Shown: in pieces, positions 24,615 through 34,095 of the stretch | How the letters are laid out: each line of letters opens with the position of its first letter | Position numbering within the stretch: position 1 is the stretch's first letter | Assembly: GCA_963755635.1 (NCBI GenBank) | Contig: CAVWKS010000026.1 | Location: forward strand, 46,786 to 110,785 | DNA length: 64,000 nucleotides | Direction: 5' to 3' | Source: an uncultured Actinomycetes bacterium | GTDB lineage: Bacteria > Actinomycetota > Thermoleophilia > Gaiellales > Gaiellaceae | Translations under genes and position numbers: made by a program | Notes under the pieces: generated by a model | Databases searched by the model: none | The model's input: only the letters and a program-made list of their open reading frames with translations | What the model was told of the DNA's origin: nothing

Positions 24615-27338
24615 TCAGAACGTCTGAACTTTGCGCGCCAGCTCGGTGCGCGAGCGCACGCCCAGCTTTGCGTAGACGTGCGTCAGGTGGCTCGCAACCG
24701 TCCGCTCGCTGAGGAACAGCGCGGCCGCGACCTCCTGGTTCGTCCGGCCCTCCGCGACCAGAGCCGCGACTCGCCGTTCGGCTGCCGTCAGCCCTTCCGT
24801 CCGCCGCCGCCCGCCGATCTGCCCGAGCTCGGCACGCGCCCGTTCGGCCCACCCGGCGGCGGAGATCTGCTCGAAGGCCTCGAGCGCCTCCTCGATCGCC
24901 AGGCGTGCCGGACGCTTCTGCCGCGCGCGGCGCCTCACCACGCCGAGCCCGAGCAGTGCTCTGGCCCGGCCGAACGGGTCTCCGACCTGCTCGTGCTCGT
25001 CGACCGCCCGGCCGAGCAGCGCCAGCGCCGGCTCGACGTCGCCGGAGGCTGCTGCAACCAGGCCGCGGCAGCGCGTCACCTGTGCGAGCACCCACTCGCG
25101 GCGAACCCGTACCGCGTCCTCCTCCCAGATATCGACGAGGCGGACGGCCTCGTCGACGCGGCCGAGCTCGAGCAGCAGCTCGGCATGGTCGCCGGTCCAC
25201 CAGCGGACGCTCGGTTCGCTCCACTCCAGCATCGCGGCCCGCTGCTCCGCTTGCTCGAACTCCGCTGCCGCGGCTGGCCGGTCGCCTTTCGCGAGCGTGA
25301 CGAGCGCCAGGACGGCCGTGTGCTGCGGCGGAAGGAATCCGAACTGGGCGGTCGCCAGCTCGAATGCTCTTTCCGAGTGCTGCCGCGCGAGCTCGTACTG
25401 GCCCCGATAGACGGCAATCACCGCGTTCGGGAGGTGATCCTGCGGCAGCTCGATGCCGTACTGGATGGAGATGTCGTGGGCGCGGTCGGCATGGTCGGCT
25501 GCGTCCTCCCAGCGACCGGCCCAGAAGTCGACCCAGGCAAGGCCCCAGAGCGCACGGGCGCTCAGTCGCTCGTCACGCTCGCGCCACTCGAGGTGCTCGC
25601 GCTCGAAAAGCGCCCGGGCCTCTTCTCGCCTCGAGGACGGCGCAAGGGTGTTGACGAGCGCCTGGGTTCCCTCCTGGACCAGGCGGTCACCCCCGAGTGC
25701 GCCCGGGAGCTCCTGGACGAGGGCGGGAAGATCGGAAGGCGCTTCCGCCTCTCCGCGAAACCAGGCGAGGACCGCCTGCACCGCGCGGGCGCGGGTTCGA
25801 AGCTCGTCGTCGTCGAGCCGCTCGGCCTGCTCGAGCCCCTCGAGCGCGTGCTCGGCGCTGCCGCTCATGAAGCGTGACACCCATGCGAGGCGGGAGTGAA
25901 TGACGGACTGAAGCGCGGGGCGCGAGGCGGCCTCGTCGAGAGCGTCCTCGAGCAGCTCGGCGGCGCGATGGCGGGTCTCCAGCTCCGCGAGCAGGACGAG
26001 CGCCTCGGCCCGCCAGGAGCCGTCGTCCGCCTCCGCCAGGAGCTCGGTCGCGATCGTGCGCGCGCGCGTCCACTCGCCGGCCGCCTGGTGGGCGCGAGCG
26101 GCCGCGAGCGCGCGGCGGGTGCGGTGCTCGCCTGCGGTCTGCGGGGTCAGCCGGACCGCGTGCTCGGCGAGCTCGGCCGCCGCGGCCGAAGCCCCCCGGC
26201 CGAGAGCGACCGCTGCAGCCTCCTCGAGGCTGGCGGCGAGGCCCGCGTCAGGCGTCTCCGTCGCGAGCGCGAGGTGGCGGGCGCGAAGAAGCGGGTCGTC
26301 CACCACCTGCGCGATCGCCCGGTGAACGCGGGGCCGGTCGGGGCCGAGCTCCCGGTAGAGCACCGACGCCAGCAGCGGGTGGGTGAACCGGATCGTCCCT
26401 TCGGTGCGCTCGATCACGTGCGCGGCAACCGCAGGCTCGAGCGCCGCCGGCGCGACGCCCGCCCGCTCGAGGAGCGACTCCGACGCGGTGCCGAGAGCGG
26501 ACGCCAGCGCGAGCGCCTCGCGCGTGGACGGCGGCAGGCCCGCGAACCTCGCGCGCAGCAGCTCTTCCAGCGTCTCCGGAACAGGCAGCGGCTCGAAGGG
26601 ATCGACGTCCGCCTCCAGAGCCCGTGCCAGCTCGAGCGCGAAGAACGGATTGCCACCGGACCGCTCGTGGATCCGGAGCAGCGTTTGCCTGGCGAACGAC
26701 CTGCCGAGCCGGTCGCGCAGGACGTTGTGGAGCGCACCGACGCTGAGGGGGCCGACGCGCAGTCGCCGGACCCGATCCGCGGCCAGCGCCTGCTCGAGCC
26801 CCGGCCTCTGCGCTTCTTCAGAGAGCCGCCGCGCGAGCAGCACGGCAACCTCGCTGCTGCCCGTGAGCCTGCGCAGGGCGAACGCGAGCGCGCTCGACGA
26901 GGACGGGTCGAGCCACTGGACGTCGTCGACCGCGAGCAGGACCCGGCCGTGCTCGGCGAGCATCTCCAGGACGTCGCGCACAGCGACGGCGAGAGCGCGG
27001 TCGTCGAGCCGGTCGCCCGACTCCTCGTCGCGCAGCATCGCGATCTCGAGCGCGCGCCGCCTCGGAGGAGTGAGCGCGGGCAGCACGTCGTCCAGGACGT
27101 CCTCGAACAGGTCGCCGAGCCCCACGTACGCGAGGGACCGTTCGGCCTCGGCCGGCCGCGCCGAGAGGACGCCGAGCCCCTGCGCCCGGGCATGCTCGAC
27201 CCCGGCCAGCCAGAGCGTCGACTTCCCGATCCCGGCCTCGCCCTCGAGCACCAGCGCCGCAGGCCCGTCCCGAGCCTCGTCGACGAACGCGGCAACGGAG
27301 GCGAGCTCCTCTTCCCTGCCGACGACCTCGAACGCCAT
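24615..27338 (-). CDS. LAL-type regulator (N-terminal AAA/STAND ATPase, TPR-like middle region, C-terminal LuxR HTH)
   Basis: ORF 24615..27338. It has the Walker A motif GEAGIGKST, Walker [12 protein letters not shown] and a C-terminal [32 protein letters not shown]. Confidence 0.9.
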   Translation of the reverse strand: MAFEVVGREEELASVAAFVDEARDGPAALVLEGEAGIGKSTLWLAGVEHARAQGLGVLSARPAEAERSLAYVGLGDLFEDVLDDVLPALTPPRRRALEIAMLRDEESGDRLDDRALAVAVRDVLEMLAEHGRVLLAVDDVQWLDPSSSSALAFALRRLTGSSEVAVLLARRLSEEAQRPGLEQALAADRVRRLRVGPLSVGALHNVLRDRLGRSFARQTLLRIHERSGGNPFFALELARALEADVDPFEPLPVPETLEELLRARFAGLPPSTREALALASALGTASESLLERAGVAPAALEPAVAAHVIERTEGTIRFTHPLLASVLYRELGPDRPRVHRAIAQVVDDPLLRARHLALATETPDAGLAASLEEAAAVALGRGASAAAAELAEHAVRLTPQTAGEHRTRRALAAARAHQAAGEWTRARTIATELLAEADDGSWRAEALVLLAELETRHRAAELLEDALDEAASRPALQSVIHSRLAWVSRFMSGSAEHALEGLEQAERLDDDELRTRARAVQAVLAWFRGEAEAPSDLPALVQELPGALGGDRLVQEGTQALVNTLAPSSRREEARALFEREHLEWRERDERLSARALWGLAWVDFWAGRWEDAADHADRAHDISIQYGIELPQDHLPNAVIAVYRGQYELARQHSERAFELATAQFGFLPPQHTAVLALVTLAKGDRPAAAAEFEQAEQRAAMLEWSEPSVRWWTGDHAELLLELGRVDEAVRLVDIWEEDAVRVRREWVLAQVTRCRGLVAAASGDVEPALALLGRAVDEHEQVGDPFGRARALLGLGVVRRRARQKRPARLAIEEALEAFEQISAAGWAERARAELGQIGGRRRTEGLTAAERRVAALVAEGRTNQEVAAALFLSERTVASHLTHVYAKLGVRSRTELARKVQTF

Positions 27339-27343
27339 CTTCC

Positions 27344-28072
27344 TCAGGACGATCGTGACAGAGGCTGCCCGGCCGCTTTTGACTTCCCGAGAGCTCCGCT
27401 CGGGGGCTTGCCTCGTTCGTGGTGATCACGTGGCAGGTCGATCCAGCGGTGCTGGGCGGAAACCGTTGCGCCGCCGACCACCAGGCCGCAGACCACGACG
27501 GCTGCGAGGGCGTATGCCCGAGCGGCGGTCCCACGCGCCGGCTGCCGGTTCCCCGGACGGGCATCCTCGGCAGCGCTTCTCAACGCGCGCTTCAGGTAGA
27601 CGAGCACGTGCACGCCGAGGAGCACGAGCCAGACCACCGACGCCGGGCCGTGGAGGCGGCGAGCGATCTGAAGTGCGTGTCCGTGCAGAAGGCCCATCGC
27701 GACGCCGCTGCCGAAGAGGACCACCGTCGCTGTGACGAACAACGGCGCGAGCAGGCGCATCGCTATCTGCGGTGGGCCTTGTGCGACGTATGCGCTGCTG
27801 CGGGTGTAGTAGCGCGCGAATCGCCAGCCGGTGCTCGCGAGCTTCAGGACGACGGCTGGGATCAAGGCGAGGCCGACGAACACGTGCAGCGACATGAACG
27901 TGTGCACGCCGAGCAGGACGGTTGCGGCCTCGACGACGACGGGGGCGAGCACGAGCAGGCCGACCGCCGCCGTCAAGCGCTCGTTTCCGACCGGGTTCAC
28001 CCGACGATCGCGATTCCGCTCCGGATCCTTCAAGCCTCTGCATCTTGGACGAAGGATCCCGCCGCCGAGCAA
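27344..28072 (-). CDS. hypothetical 4-5 TM membrane protein, first gene of the LAL operon
   Basis: ORF 27344..28072 stops 5 nt before the LAL start. The start is uncertain (TTG 28072 or GTG 28000). Confidence 0.55.
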   Translation of the reverse strand: MLGGGILRPRCRGLKDPERNRDRRVNPVGNERLTAAVGLLVLAPVVVEAATVLLGVHTFMSLHVFVGLALIPAVVLKLASTGWRFARYYTRSSAYVAQGPPQIAMRLLAPLFVTATVVLFGSGVAMGLLHGHALQIARRLHGPASVVWLVLLGVHVLVYLKRALRSAAEDARPGNRQPARGTAARAYALAAVVVCGLVVGGATVSAQHRWIDLPRDHHERGKPPSGALGKSKAAGQPLSRSS

Positions 28073-28097
28073 CCGAGGCGTTCTTTGCCTGGGAGCC

Positions 28098-28283
28098 TTA
28101 GTCGGCGCCGATGACCTTGAAGTTCTGGTTGACGAAGACGTGGTGGGGCCAGTTGACGCCGATGTTGTGGACTTCGTACTCGCCGTTGCCGAGTTTCACG
28201 ACACGGTCGAGGATGCCGCCGGGGTAGGCGGCCAGCCTTCGACTGTGCCGGCTGCCCCTCCTGCGGCGGGGCCCGAGCGGCCC
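28098..28283 (-). pseudogene. 3' relic of a small PepSY-like secreted protein (no start codon, N-terminal half missing)
   Basis: This frame is open only from 28283 to the TAA at 28098-28100 and contains no start codon. The last 44 codons read AAYPGGILDRVVKLGNGEYEVHNIGVNWPHHVFVNQNFKVIGAD, a PepSY-type C-terminal pattern. Confidence 0.4.
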
Positions 28284-28308
28284 CTACCCGAGCCGGGCTG
28301 GCCGTCGG

Positions 28309-28854
28309 CTACGAGGCAGCGGTGACGGGCTCCGCCTCGGCCACCGGCCGCTCCATCTCCTTCTCCTCCACCTCTTGCTTGGCTGCGCGGAGCACGGCGG
28401 CCGATCCGGCGGCCCCTGCGGCGAGCGCCGCGAGGGCCCAACGCGTGCCCCAGCGGCTCCTCCCCAGCGCGCCGTCGATCGACCACTGACCCGGACCGTT
28501 CTCGGTCAGGCCGAAGACCGCGGCGAGCAGAACGAGGTTGTACTCGTAGCCACCGGCGCTCACCCAGACGCCCTTCTCCCAGTGGACGGTCTTGATCGCC
28601 GTGATCATCGCGCCCGAGACCGCCGCCGCGCCGAGCGGCGTGGCGGCGCCGAGGGCGAAGAGAAGTCCACCACCGGCTTCGGCGGTACCGGCGGCCAGGG
28701 CGTAGCGGCGCCCCGGTCGAAGGCCCAGCTGCTCGAAGAACCCGCCGGTCTCGTCGAGCCCACCGCCGCGGAACCACCCGAAGAGCTTCTGCGTGCCGTG
28801 GCCGACGAAAAGCAGTCCGATCGTCGTTCGTGCCAGAAGGCGAAACAGTCCCAT
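28309..28854 (-). CDS. DoxX-family membrane protein
   Basis: ORF 28309..28854. LLARTTIGLLFVGHGTQKLFG is the DoxX signature. Confidence 0.85.
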   Translation of the reverse strand: MGLFRLLARTTIGLLFVGHGTQKLFGWFRGGGLDETGGFFEQLGLRPGRRYALAAGTAEAGGGLLFALGAATPLGAAAVSGAMITAIKTVHWEKGVWVSAGGYEYNLVLLAAVFGLTENGPGQWSIDGALGRSRWGTRWALAALAAGAAGSAAVLRAAKQEVEEKEMERPVAEAEPVTAAS

Positions 28855-29919
28855 TACGACTCCTTTCTCTCGTCACTGTCGGTGGAGGACGCGTAGGCGG
28901 CCTCGCGCACCGCATCGTCCGACTCGAGCCCCGCGCCGAGCGCCCCACCCACGGTTGCAAGCGAGGCGGTGAACCAGGCGAGCGTGGCGTAGTCGCCTGT
29001 CCCGACGGCATGGCCCAGCCCTGAGCCAAGGGCTTGAGCGCTGAGGAGCAGCTCGGCCGCGGCGAAGATCATGAGGAAGAGGGCGGCGTACAGCGTGGCG
29101 ATCCCGATCAGGATCGTTGCTGCTGTCGCGAAGTTGAACAGGATGACCTGGTCGCGGAGGTGGCGGTCGGGCGCTCGCTCCCAAAGGCCGTGCGCCACGA
29201 TCACTGCTCCGCTCGTGAGCGAGATCGAGGCGATGGACGCGAGCGCGAGTCGCGTCGACCCCGCCGTCGCCGAGATCCGCCAGATATCGGAGGTGACGAG
29301 GCCGTAGGCGCCGGCGACGACCGCCGCGAGCAGGGCGCGGTAGAGCCGAGCCGCCAGGCGCCAGGGGCGATTTGCCCGCACCATTCCGAGCAGGAGGCGA
29401 AGGTGGCTCGCGAGAACCTCCGGGACAAAGAGGAATCGCAGCGCCCCGGGCCGATCTGCGGTGTCGGTGGCGAGCTCCTGGAGCACGCCGCGTCCCCAGC
29501 GGCGTCGCAGGTGCGCGAGCGCACCATCGCCGCTCCACCGGTCGCCGCCCTCGCCGACCAGCTCGCCGACGAGCTCGAGGAGCGTCCGCCGCAATCGCGG
29601 CGCGAGGTGCAGCGCGCCGAGGGCGGGAAGCGAGACGACGGCGATCCCGTGCGTCGGGCTGACCTGCCGCGAGACGGGGCGGCGGCCGACCCGCAGCGGG
29701 AGGTCGGTGACGACGACGCCGAGATCCCAGTCTCGCATCCAGCAGCTTGCGCCGCGCCGCATCGATGATCTCGGTCGTCTGAGCCGGAGGAGCGACGAGG
29801 CGGTCCACCGTCAGCTCGGTCCGCCACTCGACACCCAGGTCCAGCGCCTCGAGGTCGTGCGCGAGCTCGCTGGCGATCTTGGCGGTGACGTCGCGTGCGA
29901 GACCCGGCGCAACGATCAT
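28854..29919 (-). pseudogene. conserved hypothetical membrane protein split by a frameshift near 29733-29741
   Basis: From ATG 29919 the sequence MIVAPGLARDVTAKIASELAHDLEALDLGVEWRTELTVDRLVAPPAQTTEIIDAARRKLLDA reads in one frame. It then continues as RDWDLGVVVTDLPLRVGRRPV... to the stop at 28854 in the frame of ORF 28854..29762. Confidence 0.6.
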
Positions 29920-32681
29920 GCCGAGGGCAATGTCCGGTTGCTGCTCCGCGCGGTGTTGGTCCGCGGAAGCGGCTCCGTGGCTTGTCGACGCCGCCTCCAC
30001 GATCGGAGCCTCGTCAGCGCGGGACAGGCTCCGCGCTGACCTCCCGCTCGTCGGCCCTCCTCCGCCTCCCGGGCTGCACCCGTATCGACGTCGAAGCGCA
30101 GCTCGCCCTCGAGGGCGTCGACCGTGACGCGGTCGCCGGGCCCGATCGCGTCGCGCGAGCACCATCCGCGAGAGCTCGTTCTCGATCATGCGCTGGATCG
30201 TCCGCCGTAGCGGGCGCGCGCCGAACTCCGGATCGAACCCTTCGTGGGCAACGAGCTCGATCGCCTCGTCGGTGAAGACGACCTCGATCCCCTGGGCGTG
30301 CAGCCGCCGGACCAGCCGGTCGAGCAGCAGCTTCGTGATCTCGGCGAGCTGCTCGTCCGTCAGCGCCCGGAAGACGATGATCTCGTCGATCCGGTTGATG
30401 AACTCCGGGCGGAAGCTGCCGCGCAGAACCTCCATCAGCTCCGCTTTCAGCTCCTCGAACGATTCGCCGCGACGGGCATAGTCCTGGATTCGGGCTGCGC
30501 CGAGGTTCGAGGTCATGATCACGACCGTGTGCTTGAAGTCGACCGTTCGCCCCTGGGCGTCCGTCAGGCGGCCGTCGTCGAGGATCTGGAGCAGGATGTT
30601 GAAGACGTCTGCGTGGGCCTTCTCGATCTCGTCGAAGAGCAGCACCGAGTACGGCCGCCGCCGCACCTGCTCGGTGAGCTGCCCTGCCTCCTCGTAGCCG
30701 ACGTAGCCGGGCGGCGCCCCGACCAGGCGAGAGACCGTGTGCCGTTCCTGGAACTCGCTCATGTCGAAGCGGACCATCAGGTTCTCGTCGCCGAACAAAG
30801 CCTCGGCGAGCGCGCGGGCGAGCTCTGTCTTCCCGACGCCGGTCGGGCCGAGGAAGAGGAAGCTGCCGACGGGTCGCTGCGGATCGCCGAGACCCGCGCG
30901 CGAGCGCCGGACCGCCTCTGCGACCGCGGAGACGGCCTCCTCCTGTCCCACGATGCGGGCATGCAGCTCCTCTTCGAGTTTGATCAGCCGCTCGCGTTCC
31001 TCGGCCGTCAGCTGCGAGACGGGGATGCCGGTCGCCCGTGACACCACCTCGGCGATGTCCTCGGGCGTGACCTCCGCGGCCCGCTGGCGGCCAGTTCGCC
31101 GCTCATCGAGCTCCTGGCGGCGCGACTCGGCTTGCTCTCTGATTTGGCTGGCCCGCTCGTAGTCCTCGGCCGCGGTCGCCTGGTCGCGCTCGCGCGCGAG
31201 CCGCCGTAAGTCCTCTTCCAGCGACCGCGTGTCGTCGTCCTTGGTCTTCGTCCGCAACCGCACGCGTGCGCTGGCCTGATCGATCAGATCGATCGCCTTG
31301 TCCGGCAGGAAGCGGTCGCGGATGTAGCGGTCGGAGAGCTCGGCGGCGGCGACGATCGCCTCGTCGGAGATCCGACGCGGTGGAAGGCCTCGTAGCGGTC
31401 CTTGAGGCCGTGGAGGATGTCGATCGTCTCCTCGACCGTCGGCTCGCGGACGAGCACCGGCTGGAAGCGGCGCTCGAGCGCCGGGTCCTTCTCGATGTTC
31501 TTGCGGTACTCGTCGAGCGTCGTCGCGCCGATCACGTGCAGCTCGCCGCGAGCGAGTGCGGGCTTGAGCATGTTCGAGGCGTCCATCGCCCCCTCGGCGG
31601 CTCCCGCGCCCACCACGGTGTGCAGCTCGTCGATGAACACGATCAGCCCCTCCGAAGCGCCCCGGATCTCGTCGATCACGGTCTTGAGCCGCTCCTCGAA
31701 CTCGCCGCGGTATTTCGTCCCGGCGATCATCCCAGCCAGGTCGAGTCCGATGATCCGCCGGTCGGCAAGCGTCTCGGGAACCTCGTCGTTGATGATGCGC
31801 TGCGCGATACCTTCGACGATCGCGGTCTTGCCCACGCCTGGCTCGCCGAGCAAGGCCGGGTTGTTCTTCGTCCGGCGCGAGAGGATCTCGATCGCCTGGT
31901 CGATCTCGTCCGCGCGGCCGATGACGGGGTCGAGCTTGCCCTCGCGTGCCTCCTGTGTCAGATCGCGGCCGTACTCGTCGAGTCTCGGAGTGCGGCTCAT
32001 CTCCCGGGCACCTCCGGTCGGCTCGACGCCGCGGATCACGCCGCCGCGGAGCTTCGTGTGCGAGGCGCCGAAGCGCTCGAGCAGCCGTCCAGCCTCACTG
32101 TCGTTATCACGCGCGAGCGCAAGCAGCACGTGCTCGGGCCCGACGTACGAGGCCCCGAGCTCGCGCGACTCGTCGTAGGCAGCGAGCAGCGCCGCCTTCG
32201 CGTCAGGGGAGAGCGAGGGCGCGACGTCCGTCCGCTGCGCCTTGTCGGCCTCTTCCTCGACCTGGGCCGCGATCGCTTCCGGGTCGGCGTCGATCTCGCG
32301 CAGCACGTGGCGGACGACGTCGTCGCGAAGGGCCGCGTGCAAGAGATGGTCGGTGTCGAGGTCGAGGCTTCCCCACTCGAGTGCCGTCTGCGCCGCGCGT
32401 TGCAGCAACTCGCGGGTGGCGTCGCTGAAGAACTGGGTGACGTCGACCCGTTCGACCTGTCGGGCGGGCGCCGCCACCCGCCCCGTCGATGGCGTTTGGC
32501 CGAAGAAGTCGGAGAAGAACTCGTCGAACAGGCTGCTGCCGCCGAGGCGGCTCGACATCCGTTCTTCGGCGAGATCGAGCTCGCAGAGATACTCGGTTTC
32601 CTGCGTCCCGTCCGGACGAAGCCGAACCCGGGACGCGACTGCCGGTCGCCCGTGACGTTGGCAAAGGTGCTCGACGGCCAT
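29916..32681 (-). pseudogene. Clp/Hsp100 AAA+ chaperone with ClpG/ClpK-like architecture, interrupted by two frameshifts
   Basis: There are three consecutive frame segments: 32681-31374, 31373-30153 and 30152-29916. It has an 83-aa N-terminal extension, two Clp_N repeats, Walker A motifs GEPGVGKT and GPTGVGKT, and a short ClpC-type linker. No (I/L/V)GF ClpP loop lies between TSNLG and FRPEFINRIDE. Confidence 0.85.
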
Positions 32682-32752
32682 CTCAACCCCCTGTCGCTAG
32701 GTCAGTGATTTGGGTTGCACACGAGGCGACCGGCAGTGACAGCGCCGTCGCC

Positions 32753-33232
32753 TCACTTCGACTTGATCTCGATCTTCTGGCGCTGCGCGCGCTCGGACTT
32801 CGGAACGCGGACGGTCAGGACGCCCTGATCGAGGCTCGCCTCGATCTTCGAGGCGTCGACCTGCTCCGGGAGTCTGACGCGGTACTCGAAGCGCCCGATG
32901 CGGCGTGTCCGCCGCCGGAGGGCGCCCTTGCGCTCCTTCTCTTTGATCTCGCCCGTGATCGAGAGCTCGTTGCCCGCGACCTCGATATTCACGTCCTCGC
33001 GCTTGACCCCCGGAAGCTCGGCCTCGAGGACGTAGGCACCGTCCTGCTCCTCGATGTCCACCGGCGGCGCCCAGCCGGCTCCCTCGGTGATCAGCGGCGA
33101 CTGCAAGCCGAACCCGCCAAACGTCTGGTCGAGCATCCGGCGCATCCGCTGGGTCATCTGCTCGAGCTCGCTCAGCGGCTCCCACCGCTGCGGCTCGGTT
33201 GTGGAACGACGCTCAGGAAGAGTCTGCGACAT
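32753..33232 (-). CDS. Hsp20/alpha-crystallin small heat-shock protein
   Basis: ORF 32753..33232. The alpha-crystallin core is PPVDIEEQDGAYVLEAELPGVKREDVNIEV...GVLTVRVPK, and AAGGAGG precedes the ATG. Confidence 0.9.
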   Translation of the reverse strand: MSQTLPERRSTTEPQRWEPLSELEQMTQRMRRMLDQTFGGFGLQSPLITEGAGWAPPVDIEEQDGAYVLEAELPGVKREDVNIEVAGNELSITGEIKEKERKGALRRRTRRIGRFEYRVRLPEQVDASKIEASLDQGVLTVRVPKSERAQRQKIEIKSK

Positions 33233-33319
33233 CAGCTGCCTCCTTGGTACTTGCTGGTTCCGGTCCGTGCCACACCTGGCGGCACGAATCCGCTATCTGA
33301 TGTCTAGCCGGAGCTTCTG

Positions 33320-33345
33320 CCGACAAACTGTCGGATCTGCGACAG
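33320..33345. promoter_or_regulatory. three-arm inverted repeat with a CRP/FNR-like 5-6-5 palindrome
   Basis: CCGACA-aac-TGTCGG (33320-33334) overlaps CTGTCG-gatctg-CGACAG (33328-33345), i.e. TGTCG-N6-CGACA. It lies midway between the divergent hsp20 (ATG 33232) and crp/fnr-family (ATG 33431) genes. Confidence 0.4.
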
Positions 33346-33430
33346 TGCCGGAATCGCGCGCCCGGTTTCCCTCGCCCAACGGAAGCCGCGGGCCGACAGC
33401 CCGCGTTTCGCTCCCTGGCTGCGCGCGACG

Positions 33431-34069
33431 ATGACACAGGGGGACTTCGAAGGGTTGCCCGGGGACGACGTCGAGGCGCTTCGTCGCTTTGCCACTCGCA
33501 GCAACTATCCACGGGGAACGACGATCTTCCGCCAGGGCGAGCGGCCGCAGGAGCTCTTGATCATCGAAGAGGGGGAGCTCGAGCTCATCTACCAGACGCG
33601 CTCCGAGCGGCTCGTCGTGCAGATCCTGTACGCCGGCTCGAGCGTCGATCACCTTGCGATCCTTCTCGACATCCCCTATCCCTACTCGGCCGTCACGTTG
33701 AGCGAGGCTACGCTCCTCCGCCTCCGTCTCGACACGATCCGCGCGCTCGAGGAGCTCTTTCCTGAAATCGCTTTCCGCTGGCTCGGCCTGCTGGCCCACG
33801 CGCTTGACCGTGCCCACCAGCGGCTTCTGGAACTGGCCGGCAGGTCAGCCGTTGAGCAAGTCAGTCATCTCCTCTTGCACGAGTCGGCCGAGCGCGACGA
33901 GCCGACGCTCGAAATAACACAGGAAGAGCTCGCGGCCACACTGGCACTGAGCCGACAGACGGTCTCGCGCGCCTTTCACGACCTGGCGAGCGAGGGCGCG
34001 ATCAAGCCGGAACGCCGCCGCGTCCGCCTGCTCGATCTCGAGAAGCTGCGCGAACATCTTCCGCGCTGA
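33431..34069 (+). CDS. Crp/Fnr-family transcriptional regulator
   Basis: ORF 33431..34069. It has a cNMP-binding beta-roll (RGTTIFRQGERPQELLIIEEGELEL) and a C-terminal HTH (TQEELAATLALSRQTVSRAFHDL). Confidence 0.85.
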   Translation: MTQGDFEGLPGDDVEALRRFATRSNYPRGTTIFRQGERPQELLIIEEGELELIYQTRSERLVVQILYAGSSVDHLAILLDIPYPYSAVTLSEATLLRLRLDTIRALEELFPEIAFRWLGLLAHALDRAHQRLLELAGRSAVEQVSHLLLHESAERDEPTLEITQEELAATLALSRQTVSRAFHDLASEGAIKPERRRVRLLDLEKLREHLPR

Positions 34070-34095
34070 GGCCGGGCCAGGCCCCGCTTACCTCT

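Noticed and set aside
18950-27338. The two STAND-type NTPases (SARP-NB-ARC-TPR and LAL) as candidate anti-phage Avs-like defence proteins.
   Set aside because: Both carry bona fide DNA-binding output domains (OmpR-type wHTH/BTAD and a LuxR HTH). No nuclease, protease or other effector domains are present, so transcriptional regulators are the simpler reading.
28873-31263. A 796-aa ORF that looks like one long gene.
   Set aside because: It is a chimera of one reading frame passing through three different things: the middle segment of the Clp ATPase (real), out-of-frame Clp C-terminus, the N-terminus of the next gene (real), and then out-of-frame sequence. It was resolved into the frame-segment model given in the features.
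33233-33300. A ROSE-like RNA thermometer in the hsp20 5' UTR.
   Set aside because: The leader has a short GTGCC...GGCAC hairpin (33267-33285), but no segment complementary to the AAGGAGG Shine-Dalgarno sequence. There is no support for SD occlusion.
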